Assembly (NCBI GenBank): GCA_038831915.1
Contig: JAWBKB010000001.1
Coordinates: 1 to 64,000 of the forward strand
Direction: 5' to 3'
DNA from: Candidatus Caldarchaeum sp.
Lineage (GTDB): Archaea > Thermoproteota > Nitrososphaeria_A > Caldarchaeales > Caldarchaeaceae
DNA: 64,000 nucleotides
Shown: positions 1 to 8,800 of the stretch, in pieces
Layout: each line of letters begins with the position of its first letter
Position numbering within the stretch: position 1 is the first letter of the stretch
Notes under the pieces: generated by a model
What the model was told of the DNA's origin: nothing
The model's database searches: none
The model's input: only the letters and a program-made list of their open reading frames with translations
Made by a program: the position numbers and the translations under genes

Positions 1-395
1 CTTCCCTCGCTGTCGAAGAACCCTCTAAGGAAAGCAGACCTGCATTCTATACTGTGTTCTATGAATCTTTTGATTCTCTCTATATCTAAAGGCTTCTTCA
101 ACAGTTCGTAGAGGACTTTACACTGTAGTTCAACGATGAATCGTCTAATTGACCATTTGGGTTTAGGCGGGTCCCTCTTCAAGACAGCAGAAAGACATCT
201 GGAGAACTCTTCAGCAAACTCCCTATCTTTCACATTCAACCCTATATACATTGGATTGTAGGATTTTCGAGGCTTAGAGAGACGATGGACATATCCGTCA
301 CCGGCTACGACGCCGATGACGTATGCCAGCTCTCTGGATGGTTTTGCTGAAGGTATGTGTATGCCGTTGTATGGGCTGAGAACGGAATACCTCAT
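1..395 (-). mobile_element. Free-standing double-motif LAGLIDADG (DOD-type) homing endonuclease ORF; runs off the window start, probably 5'-truncated
   Basis: Hand translation from ATG at 395: MRYSVLSPYNGIHIPSAKPSRELAYVIGVVAGDG...KVLYELLKKPLDIERIKRFIEHSIECRSAFLRGFFDSEG. Both LAGLIDADG motifs are present. No intein or intron context seen. Not in the ORF track. Confidence 0.85.
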
Positions 396-449
396 TTCAG
401 CTATAAAGACCATGAAGAACCTCTCCACACACCGTCAGGCCAGCATCCA

Positions 450-578
450 AGATACGACAGGTGAGAAGAATACTGCACCGTTTGCCGAAAATCCACCACG
501 AACAGAGACAGATGCCCATACTGCAACAAAGTATTAAGAAAAAAGCCGAGAAAAAAGAAACACAAATCAACCATTTAA
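450..578 (+). pseudogene. Decayed small Zn-ribbon protein (RY...CxxC...CPxC...LRxKPR type)
   Basis: Hand translation RYDR*EEYCTVCRKSTTNRDRCPYCNKVLRKKPRKKKHKSTI*. In-frame TGA at 462-464, no clear start. Pattern resembles small basic Zn proteins of Nitrososphaerota (recognition, unverified). Confidence 0.5.
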
Positions 579-652
579 TATTATGACGAAGCTGTCGCTC
601 CACCAGGCTGAGCTACTCAGGTAAATATGTTGGCTATGCGTTTACTTACTGT

Positions 653-1864
653 ATGAATAGGTGGATTTATCCATTTACAGGACTGGCTGCTAACGTTGTT
701 TTGGGCACGATTTATAGCTGGAGCGTTTTCCGCAAGCCGTTGGAAACCATGTGCGGCTGGAACGAATTTGAATCTTCGCTGCCTTTTTCCGTTTTTCTGT
801 TCTTCTTCGCGTTGACCATGCCTTTGGGAGGTCGGCTGGTCGCTCGGATAGGCCCGCGGACAACCGCTTTGCTGGGCGGCGTGCTGGTCGGGTTGGGCTG
901 GGCTCTTTCAGGATTAGTAGTGAACTTCCCGAACTCCTTGTTGTTGACCTTGGTTTCATATGGAATCGTCGCTGGCGCAGGTGTCGGAATTTTTTACGGA
1001 GTACCGATAGCTGTTTCAAGCAGGTGGATTCCTGAAAGACGCGGACTCGCAGTCGGGTTGACCGTCCTTGGCTTCGGGTTGTCCCCACTCATCACCGCTC
1101 CCCTCGCCAACTACTTCATATCTGCATATGGTGTATCGACAACCTTCACGGTTCTCGGCACAGCTTTCGCCGCGATACTCGTTATCCTCGCGGTTCCGCT
1201 CAAGTTTCCGCCACAGGGATGGACAGGTCCTGCAACTTTATCATCCAAACAGATGCCGCAGAGAGACTACGCGACGAATGAGATGCTCCGAACAGGGTTG
1301 TTCAAAGTGCTTTGGCTTTCCTACCTCATCGGAACGTTCGGAGGATTCATCGCGATATCGCTTTCAGCAAAATACTGCATAGACGTGGTGGGCCTGACTC
1401 CGCAGGAGGCCGCTGCTTTGACCGGTTTATTCGCTGTGTTCAACGGAGCTGGAAGACCCCTGTTCGGATATCTCTCCGACAGAATCGGTGTCCAGAAAAC
1501 CGCTGTCTATTCGTTCGCCATGTTGACCGTCGCCGCGGTTTTGGCGATGTTTTCGCAAACTCTTCCGTTGTTCATCGCTTCGTTCGCTGTTTTCTGGCTG
1601 GTTTTCGGTGGATGGCTCGCGATAGCTCCGAGCGCGACATCGACTTTCTTCGGCCTCAAAAACCTCGGAACAAACTATGGCATGGTCTTCACAGCTTACG
1701 GTGCTTCAGCACTCGTAGGGCCGCCTGTTTCATCATACCTACGAGAAATAACTGGAACCTACTTTCTCCCGTTCAGCTTGATAGCTGTGCTCGCAATGGT
1801 TGGACTGGTTCTCGCTGCCACTAAGCTACGACTCGGAGAAGCGGTGATGGTCACGCAGAAATAA
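653..1864 (+). CDS. MFS transporter, oxalate/formate antiporter (OFA)-like
   Basis: About 12 hydrophobic segments; GTIYSWSVF, WIPERRGLAVG and NGAGRPLFGYLSDRIG motifs. Confidence 0.85.
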   Translation: MNRWIYPFTGLAANVVLGTIYSWSVFRKPLETMCGWNEFESSLPFSVFLFFFALTMPLGGRLVARIGPRTTALLGGVLVGLGWALSGLVVNFPNSLLLTLVSYGIVAGAGVGIFYGVPIAVSSRWIPERRGLAVGLTVLGFGLSPLITAPLANYFISAYGVSTTFTVLGTAFAAILVILAVPLKFPPQGWTGPATLSSKQMPQRDYATNEMLRTGLFKVLWLSYLIGTFGGFIAISLSAKYCIDVVGLTPQEAAALTGLFAVFNGAGRPLFGYLSDRIGVQKTAVYSFAMLTVAAVLAMFSQTLPLFIASFAVFWLVFGGWLAIAPSATSTFFGLKNLGTNYGMVFTAYGASALVGPPVSSYLREITGTYFLPFSLIAVLAMVGLVLAATKLRLGEAVMVTQK

Positions 1865-1893
1865 AATACCCCAAAAATCTCTATCTTCACAGG

Positions 1894-2784
1894 TTGTCGC
1901 CGCCTGAAAGCCTTCTTCGAGCAGGTGAAATAGCGAGGAAAATTAGAAGCCAGGTTCCAAACTTGGTCAGCCCCGGAGCCAGCCTTCTCGAGGTCGCTGA
2001 AAAAATCGAAAACATGATTCGAGACATGGGTGGGCTGCCTGCATTTCCATGCAACATTTCCATCGACGCGGTGGCTGCTCATTATTCACCCGCGCCGGGG
2101 GATTCAACGGTGCTTTCGAAGAATTTTGTGGCGAAAATCGATTTTGGCGTTTTAGTGGATGGCTACATCGCGGATACAGCGGTGACTGTAACTGACACAC
2201 CTGTTGGAGAAATGCTGAAGACAGCTGTTGAGGAGGCGTTGAAAGCAGCTGTAAAAACCGTGGCCGCCGGTGTCAAAGTTTCCACGGTCGCGGCTGTGAT
2301 TCAAAACGTGTTAACCCGGTATGGTTTAAAGCCGATACGTAATTTGACCGGGCACGAAATCCAGCCCTACAATCTTCACGCAGGAGTTTCGATTCCCAAT
2401 GTCGCCGTTCGGGACGGAGTCAAACTTTTAGAAAGTCATGTTTACGCCATCGAGCCTTTTGCCACCGTTGCCGAAGGAGCAGGAGAAGTAGTCGACGTAC
2501 GAATGCCCACGATTTACCGATTGGAAAAAGCAATTCCACCGAAAAAATTGGCCGACGAGGAAACACGACTTCTGAACATTATTTCGGAAAGGTTCAAAAC
2601 ACTTCCATACAGTTTGAGATGGCTGCAAGACCTCGACCCCGAGACTTTGAAAATTCATGAAAGACTGGTTAGAATGGGCCGGCTAAAATCATATCCCATG
2701 CTCGTAGAAAAGTCCGAAAAACCGGTTGCGCAGGCCGAGCACACTGTTTTCGTTACTCGGGAAGGTTGTGTCGTTATTACTTAG
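1894..2784 (+). CDS. map: Methionine aminopeptidase type II
   Basis: AFPCNIS...AAHY, KIDFG..DGYIADTA, NLTGH, AIEPF, AQAEHT motifs. Confidence 0.95.
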   Translation: MSPPESLLRAGEIARKIRSQVPNLVSPGASLLEVAEKIENMIRDMGGLPAFPCNISIDAVAAHYSPAPGDSTVLSKNFVAKIDFGVLVDGYIADTAVTVTDTPVGEMLKTAVEEALKAAVKTVAAGVKVSTVAAVIQNVLTRYGLKPIRNLTGHEIQPYNLHAGVSIPNVAVRDGVKLLESHVYAIEPFATVAEGAGEVVDVRMPTIYRLEKAIPPKKLADEETRLLNIISERFKTLPYSLRWLQDLDPETLKIHERLVRMGRLKSYPMLVEKSEKPVAQAEHTVFVTREGCVVIT

Positions 2785-2998
2785 CGGTTTTCTTTTCGGG
2801 GACGTAGATGTTGACGATTTTGCTAGATGTCCCGCCGCATTTGGGACATTTTTCGTCGTTTACGATTTTGAGTACGTAGTCTTCTTCTTTGAATGGCCTT
2901 GAATTTTCTATGCCGCAGCTGAAGCATTTTAGAAAAGTCAAAGGTTCTGGAATTTTTTCCTTGGGCCGGTATCCGAGGATGATAGATGGTTCAGACAT
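2777..2998 (-). CDS. Small Zn-finger protein (CxxC...CPxC), co-transcribed with DUF1512
   Basis: CFSC...RPFKEEDYV...CPKCG; start overlaps the upstream stop. Confidence 0.75.
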   Translation of the reverse strand: MSEPSIILGYRPKEKIPEPLTFLKCFSCGIENSRPFKEEDYVLKIVNDEKCPKCGGTSSKIVNIYVPEKKTAK

Positions 2999-4143
2999 TA
3001 AACACCAACTCCTATCGTGTTTCCAATTCCAGCAACGACTACAGTCTCTCCACCTTTAACTTTTTCGAGAATCAACTGTTTCACTTTTTCAAGCACGACG
3101 TCGGCGGATTTGGCTATTGATTCTCGCATAGGTGTGATAGCTTCGGTGATGGATTGGAAGATAACGAATGCGTAAAGTGGAATTCCCCGGCTTCGTGCGA
3201 GCTCTTCGATTTTGTATTTGTCTACTCCAGGCCCTCCAATTGCGACACCGACTCCTTCAGCGATTTTACCCGTTTCTTCTCCTTCAAGCTTGAGTGCAGC
3301 GTCGATGGTGATTATGAGCTTCGGGTTTTCCGGAAGTTTTTCAACCAGCTGTTTGACCGCTTCGCCGGGTCTTCCAACAGTACCACCAGGCCCCGCCGCT
3401 CGAACTATGTACACTTTTCTGTTGTCGATTTCAATTTCCTGAACAATTGTGTCCTTTGCGATTTCATATCTTTCTTTTTCCCTTCCGTCGGCGAGTTTCG
3501 CGGCCACCAACGGGCCCACACCGTCTCCTATGGGCTGGCCTCTGCTGAAGGCGATAGCGGCCTGTTGATAGGACTCAGCTATTTCGATTATCATGGGCAA
3601 CACCATCTGAATCTGTAGAACCATGTAGATGTTGCTCGTTTTTCTTCCGAGTAGGTAGTAGTGGCGGACAACTCGGTAAAGAGTGTTGATTCCTCTCAAG
3701 ACTTCGACGAGATTCGTTAGAGATTTGACTTGGTGTGGAGATGCGTGTGGAGCGAGTTTCGCGACTTCAGATTCATACGCTGATTCACCTGTTTCGAGAA
3801 TATGTTCGAGCTTGTAAACCAATCCGTAAGGGTCCATGGATTCAGGCTGGATGACGAAAAATTCGCTCAGCCTATCGATGTCGGGAGTTGGGTCTTTTTC
3901 GGGTTTTCCGACGCGTTTAATCGTGTCAACCGTAGTCCGGTGAATGTCGTCTTTAATCGCTTTAAGCTTGTTCAGCTTTCTTTCCAGGTCACGCAGCATG
4001 TAGGAAAGCTGCATCCGCTGTCCAAACGACGGATAAAGAAAGAAGATCATCAAGAAAGCTATCCAGATAAGAGATAGAAGAAATGATAGTACGTTATCGC
4101 CTCCAGTCGCAGGGTTTAGGATAGCCGAAAAATTAACGACCAT
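2998..4143 (-). CDS. DUF1512 family protein
   Basis: N-terminal TM helix; PIGDGVGP, GPGGTVGRPG, IDAALKLEGE, GIGNTIGV motifs. Start placed at ATG 4143. Confidence 0.85.
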   Translation of the reverse strand: MVVNFSAILNPATGGDNVLSFLLSLIWIAFLMIFFLYPSFGQRMQLSYMLRDLERKLNKLKAIKDDIHRTTVDTIKRVGKPEKDPTPDIDRLSEFFVIQPESMDPYGLVYKLEHILETGESAYESEVAKLAPHASPHQVKSLTNLVEVLRGINTLYRVVRHYYLLGRKTSNIYMVLQIQMVLPMIIEIAESYQQAAIAFSRGQPIGDGVGPLVAAKLADGREKERYEIAKDTIVQEIEIDNRKVYIVRAAGPGGTVGRPGEAVKQLVEKLPENPKLIITIDAALKLEGEETGKIAEGVGVAIGGPGVDKYKIEELARSRGIPLYAFVIFQSITEAITPMRESIAKSADVVLEKVKQLILEKVKGGETVVVAGIGNTIGVGV

Positions 4144-4203
4144 ATGTCCAAAACACAGAATCAAATGTTTCTTTATAAGCTTATGCGTAGCAAGCAACAA
4201 TGG

Positions 4204-5976
4204 CTAAACCTTTCTTCGAAGCCTTTTTCTCGCCCTAAAGCGTTCTTCTCCTATGCTTTCCGCAAGAACAGTGCTGACCTCGTCGATACGGTCGTTACAT
4301 GCTTTGAGAAGTTCTTCATAGACTTTCAGAGTTTTGTCCAAGCTTTCAGCCAGAGATGCTTCTCCTCTTTCGATTTTCGCCATGTATTCTTCGACCAGAC
4401 GTCGTGTTTCAGGCGTGACCAATCGCGGGTCTGTTTTCGCAAGAGATTCGATTAGAGCCATTCCAAGCCGAGTGGGCTTGAAATATTTCCCCTCTTTGAC
4501 AGCGTATTTCCGCTCAATTATCAGCTGCGGATAGGTCGCTCTCGTAGCGTCTGTGCCGATGCCGTTTTTCTCCATCAACCTTAGCAAATCGGCTTCAGTT
4601 AGTCGTGAAGGAGGTTTCGTTTCATCCTCTTTCAACTCCAACTTAACAATCGTAAGCTTTTCACCGACGTTCATCACAGGAATCGGGTTGTCGGCCGGCC
4701 TAAAGTAGCCAAACGCCTGGTAAAACCCCTGAGAAATTATCCGTGTTCCATGGGCTTTCAACGGCAACGTCTCGATTTTGATTTTCGCGTCTTGCACGAG
4801 CTGCACCGCGTCGTCGAAGTAAGCGTTTCCGTAAAACCTGCGGGCTATATATTCCCAGATTTTCATCAACACACCTGTGCCGCGAAAAGTCGCCACCGGA
4901 TAAATGGGTGGATGAGCACCGTCGTCCCGAGCCCCGTTCCGGGGATTTGCATTCTCCCACATGGCGGGTATTCGGTTGAGGTTTTCATCTCCTTTCACGG
5001 CTTTGAGCGGTGTTTCAAAGTCAAAGTTCTTCCGGTAACGATTGGTGTCAGTTCGTGGATAGCTGATGTAGCCCTCCGCGTAAAGCTGCTCCATCAATTC
5101 GAGAAGCTTGTTAGCGGACAACCCTGTCAACCGGGTTAAATCACGTAGCACATCGTCGGTTCTCATCGGCAGAGGTCGCGGGATTTTTTTCTCGGATTCA
5201 TAATAGTTGGACACATATGCTTCGCTTGCTTCCTCCGCTTTCCTGAACAGTTCCTTCGCATCGGTAGCGGAGCGGAAGATTTCGCTGACGGCCATAAATT
5301 CTTCTCCTTTTTGGGTTCTTAAAACGGCGTGAATTGTCCAGTATTTTTCCGGCTTGAACGACAGAATTTCTTTCTCCCTTTCAAACACGAAGTTAAGCGT
5401 CGGTGTTTGGCATGAACCCCAGCTAATCAGCCTCACCCATTTTTTACGACGTGTTGATTCGGTCAGTAGGCGGGTGAAAGCCGCACCAGTGATAAGGTCG
5501 AAGACTTGTCTAAACCTCGCTTTTTCGACCCAGCGCATGTTCAGGCCTCTTTCAAGGTTTCTAATGCTTGCAAATAGTTCTCTGCGGTCGACGGAGTTAA
5601 ACCGCATCCGCAGACATTCAGCGTTTTCGCCTCGAATTTTTCGATAGGTTTCCAATATTTCATATCCGATGAGTTCTCCTTCCGAATCGTTGTCGGTCGC
5701 TACCACGAGTGAACTGTTGTTTGAAAAAATTTTCGTCAAAGTTCTATAAGTTGAGAGGTCGCTTACTTTGTCGACGACTGTTCTCAGCTTTATGATTTCA
5801 AGAGGGTGTTTAGCTCCCCATTCATAGCCGTCTGGAAGGTCCGCCTCCATCATATGTCCTCGCACCGAAACTACTTCTGCGTTTATTTTCGCCGCGGCGA
5901 CGACGCTTTTGATGGCTCGGGCTACGCTCGCTTTCTCCGCCACAATCACCAGTTTACTGTTGTTCATCGGCTCCAA
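4204..5976 (-). CDS. topA: DNA topoisomerase type IA (archaeal Topo III-like), no C-terminal Zn fingers
   Basis: TOPRIM AEK and ATDNDSEGE, QTPTL, active-site GYISYPRTD, AHPPIYP, GIGTDATR. Confidence 0.93.
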   Translation of the reverse strand: MEPMNNSKLVIVAEKASVARAIKSVVAAAKINAEVVSVRGHMMEADLPDGYEWGAKHPLEIIKLRTVVDKVSDLSTYRTLTKIFSNNSSLVVATDNDSEGELIGYEILETYRKIRGENAECLRMRFNSVDRRELFASIRNLERGLNMRWVEKARFRQVFDLITGAAFTRLLTESTRRKKWVRLISWGSCQTPTLNFVFEREKEILSFKPEKYWTIHAVLRTQKGEEFMAVSEIFRSATDAKELFRKAEEASEAYVSNYYESEKKIPRPLPMRTDDVLRDLTRLTGLSANKLLELMEQLYAEGYISYPRTDTNRYRKNFDFETPLKAVKGDENLNRIPAMWENANPRNGARDDGAHPPIYPVATFRGTGVLMKIWEYIARRFYGNAYFDDAVQLVQDAKIKIETLPLKAHGTRIISQGFYQAFGYFRPADNPIPVMNVGEKLTIVKLELKEDETKPPSRLTEADLLRLMEKNGIGTDATRATYPQLIIERKYAVKEGKYFKPTRLGMALIESLAKTDPRLVTPETRRLVEEYMAKIERGEASLAESLDKTLKVYEELLKACNDRIDEVSTVLAESIGEERFRARKRLRRKV

Positions 5977-6490
5977 CCTGTTCCATCAATTTTCTCATCG
6001 AACGGTCTCGTTGATATTCCCGCGGTGTTTGGACAGCGACGACGCGTGCACCGGTCGGCAGGTCAGCTATGTGAATGAAGGTTTTGGTGTAGCCGATTTT
6101 TTCGGCTTTTCTCGCGATGGTTATCGTCAACGCAGGCGCCGATACAACCATAGCTGCCTTCTGTCCGGTCACGATGGCTTTTCTATCCGGGCCGGAGCCG
6201 ATGTAAGTTGTTTGACAAGAATCAACCTCTAAAACACGTGAAGCCGCGAGCTCTTTCGCGACGCAGAAATCTTGAATCTGGTAAACGTCGTCAACCCGTA
6301 AAGCTTTTCCCGACACAGGTGTCCCTACGAAAAGCCAGTCAGCAGGCTGTCGAAGCCTGACAACATACTCCTCACCAGCAACTGTTGAAATTGTCACGTA
6401 GTACACCACTCCGTCCGAAGTCACTTTGGTCGAGATGTTGGAGATGTAGCCAACCACCTGCCTACCGGCCGTCAACGTCGTCCAAACCAC
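5954..6490 (-). CDS. Hypothetical beta-rich protein, coupled to topA
   Basis: 178-aa ORF overlapping the topA start; no family recognised. Confidence 0.6.
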   Translation of the reverse strand: MVWTTLTAGRQVVGYISNISTKVTSDGVVYYVTISTVAGEEYVVRLRQPADWLFVGTPVSGKALRVDDVYQIQDFCVAKELAASRVLEVDSCQTTYIGSGPDRKAIVTGQKAAMVVSAPALTITIARKAEKIGYTKTFIHIADLPTGARVVAVQTPREYQRDRSMRKLMEQVGADEQQ

Positions 6491-6826
6491 TTAAAAAGCC
6501 GAGATATTTATGAACAAACAACGCCGAATTCATCGACAAGCCGCCTGTAATACCTGCCCGCTACAATAGGTCTGTGGGCGTGTGGTCCGAAAGACTGGCG
6601 GAGATAGATTGTCAACGTTGTCATTGATGCTTCGTGTTTTGGGTCAGCATCATGATGTTAGTGAAGCTGTTTTGGACAAACACTTCAAAAATAGGCGATG
6701 AACATAAGCTTTGGTTCTCGCATCATCAAACGTTGAAAAATTCGATAAAATCCATGTCTCATGCTGAGTTGACGAAAATAATTTTCCTGACATAAAAGCA
6801 GCTGCCTAAAGATAAATAAAGGCTAC

Positions 6827-7441
6827 CTAACTTTTTTCTACGGGGCCCCGGTAGCGCAGGCTGGGAGCGCGTCCGGCTGAAGACCGGAGTGTCGGCGGTT
6901 CAAGTCCGCCCCGGGGCAGGCGATATTGTAAAAGTGGGAAATAGTGGGGCAAAGTTGGAAAAACAGGGAGAGTTTGGCCTGGAGGCTTTAGTCGTCCAGT
7001 CCTTATGAGGTAGTCTTGGAGTCGTCGTTGTTTCCTTCTTATCGTGAATCCCATCCATTTGTAGAACTTCAGCCGAAAGCCGGCGGGAACGTATAAGTTG
7101 TATGCGTTCTTCCTTGTCTCGTATGTTTTTCCTTTTCTAGTGTCTCTGAAGCTTGTTCCATGCTTTGTCATGAGATGTGGTCCCGTCGTCCCTATCTCCA
7201 GCGACTCAATGAGCTGTCTGACGTATCCAAGCAGTTTTAAATCGGTGTTGTAAAAGGTTACGTCTCCATTTTTAGATATGCATCCTTCGCTGTCGAAGAA
7301 TCCCCTCAGAAAAGCCGCCTTACATTCATCGTCATACTCTACGAATTTTTTGATTTTCTCTATGTCTAATGGCTTCTTCACCAGCTCGTAGAGGACTTTG
7401 ATGACTGTGGGACGGTGGTAGCCAAGCCTTGTCAAACACAT
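6827..7441 (-). mobile_element. 5'-truncated LAGLIDADG endonuclease (C-terminal half); frame continues antisense through tRNA-Phe
   Basis: KVLYELVKKPLDIEKIKKFVE...AAFLRGFFDSEG...FYNTDLKLL...GFTIRRKQRRL. Nt 7281-7400 align without gaps to nt 1-120 (93/120 identical by hand count). First LAGLIDADG motif is missing. Confidence 0.85.
6845..6918 (+). tRNA. tRNA-Phe(GAA), intronless, CCA not encoded
   Basis: GCCCCGG TA GCGC..GCGC G TCCGG CT GAA GA CCGGA GTGTC GGCGG TTCAAGT CCGCC CCGGGGC A folds as a complete cloverleaf. Confidence 0.97.
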
Positions 7442-7528
7442 CCAGCCTTAAGCTGGCCGAGACTAGCATCGACAAGCTCAAGACCTGCTCCCGAAGGGGT
7501 TCGCGGGTTTTGAATCCCATCCCCTGCA
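7412..7528 (+). pseudogene. Decayed tRNA-Leu(CAA) with a D-loop intron (~7436-7466)
   Basis: TAGCCAAGCCT(T)GTCAA-[intron with CCAGC/GCTGG hairpin]-...CT CAA GA CCTGC T CCCGAAGGGG TTC GCGGG TTTTGAAT CCCAT CCCCTGCA. Long variable arm; acceptor, D, anticodon and T stems all carry mismatches. Confidence 0.75.
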
Positions 7529-7672
7529 AAGAGTAGACAGACGTCGCCGGCTCATTTGAAGAGTTAAAAATTGTGCTGTCTGTCTCACGGCGCTGTGTAA
7601 GAATGTGAACGTCGGCTCAAACCCGCTAACAGATTTAAACGAGGCTGGGGGTTTGCTGGCTGGTGGTGTGGG

Positions 7673-7985
7673 CTGGTTTCTAGGGCCCGGGATTGGATGA
7701 GGCAGGCGGTCAGGGACTTCCCATGCTGAAGCGTCTTTGAGGCAGGGCGACTATGAGTGGGCTTGTTTCGCGGCTCAGCAGGCTGCCGAGAAGGCTGTCA
7801 AAGCCCTTTACGAGAGCAGGAACATGGAAGCCTGGGGACATTCTGTGTCTAGGCTGTTGGAGCACCTCCCAGAAGAGCTCAAGCCAGCGGCATCGTTAAT
7901 CGACAAAGCCAAAGAGCTGGACAGACACTACATCCCCACAAGATGCCCCAACCTCCACAGCGAAGGCGCTCCACTATTATACTAG
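7673..7985 (+). pseudogene. HEPN domain protein (HEPN-MNT pair), frameshifted
   Basis: (M)VSRARDWMRQAVRD / frameshift / HAEASLRQGDYEWACFAAQQAAEKAVKA...WGHSV...LDRHYIPTR; premature end. Confidence 0.8.
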
Positions 7986-8017
7986 TAGTGATGCGTAGAG
8001 GGCGGTTAAGCAAGCCC

Positions 8018-8415
8018 GTGAGATCATCGAATTCTGCAGAAGTAAGGGTGTTCAGCCTTGACTACAGCATGGTGATGGAGAGGGTTAGGGATTACGCTCG
8101 GAAGCTCGTTGACAGAGGTTTGGCGGAGCTTGTTGTTCTAGTCGGCTCGTTGGCGAAGGGAAACTACACACCTTTCTCGGACATAGACTTAGTGATAGTG
8201 GTGAAAAAATCGACGAAAAACCTGTCGACAGAATTCCAGCCTACATCGACCCCAGCCTCCCGCTGGATGTCGAGCCACTCGTCTTCACCGTGGAAGAGTT
8301 CCTTCAAATGGTCAGAAAGAGGCCATTGTTCGCGGCGGAAGTGATTGACAACGGAGTGTTCCTAGCTGGAGACAGAAGCCTGCTGGAGAAAGCCATGAAA
8401 ACAAGCCGTGAATAA
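8018..8415 (+). pseudogene. Minimal nucleotidyltransferase (MNT) antitoxin, one frameshift
   Basis: LVGSLAKGNYTPFSDIDLVIVV, then a shift near the A-runs at ~8204-8220, continuing PVDRIPAYIDPSLPLDVEPLVFTVEEF...SRE*. Confidence 0.8.
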
Positions 8416-8800
8416 TCGGCGACGCCAAGACATTCTTAAGCGAAGCCGACTAACCATTGATGAAGCACCAATGGTTAACTATTAGCAGTGCTTCTTAGCA
8501 TGATAAACCCAGAAAAACTTTAGTCAGGGATGAAAGAAAGACCATTTGCAGAACTAACAAACCCTATTCAATTTGAGGTTCGGTTCCTTTACAAGCATTG
8601 GGAATATCCTCTGATTCTGAATGTTTGGCGAAGTTGCTCATGAATGAGCTCTGATTGGGATGGCGTGGTCTTGTGGTGGCGATATCTATTTGTTTGTCGG
8701 TTTGTGCACACGCTGTCAGCTGGTTTGGGGTTTCTGCCGTAGATGCGACAAAAAGTTTGAAAGCGGCTCTGCTTTGAAGGCCAAACACCGCGGCTAGTAC

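Noticed and set aside
316-603. ORF-track calls 316..537(+) and 397..603(-)
   Set aside because: They are shadows of the LAGLIDADG ORF and the Zn-ribbon remnant, with no recognisable protein features.
8201-8222. Programmed frameshift in the MNT gene
   Set aside because: No canonical slippery heptamer or adjacent stimulator; the partner HEPN gene is also broken.
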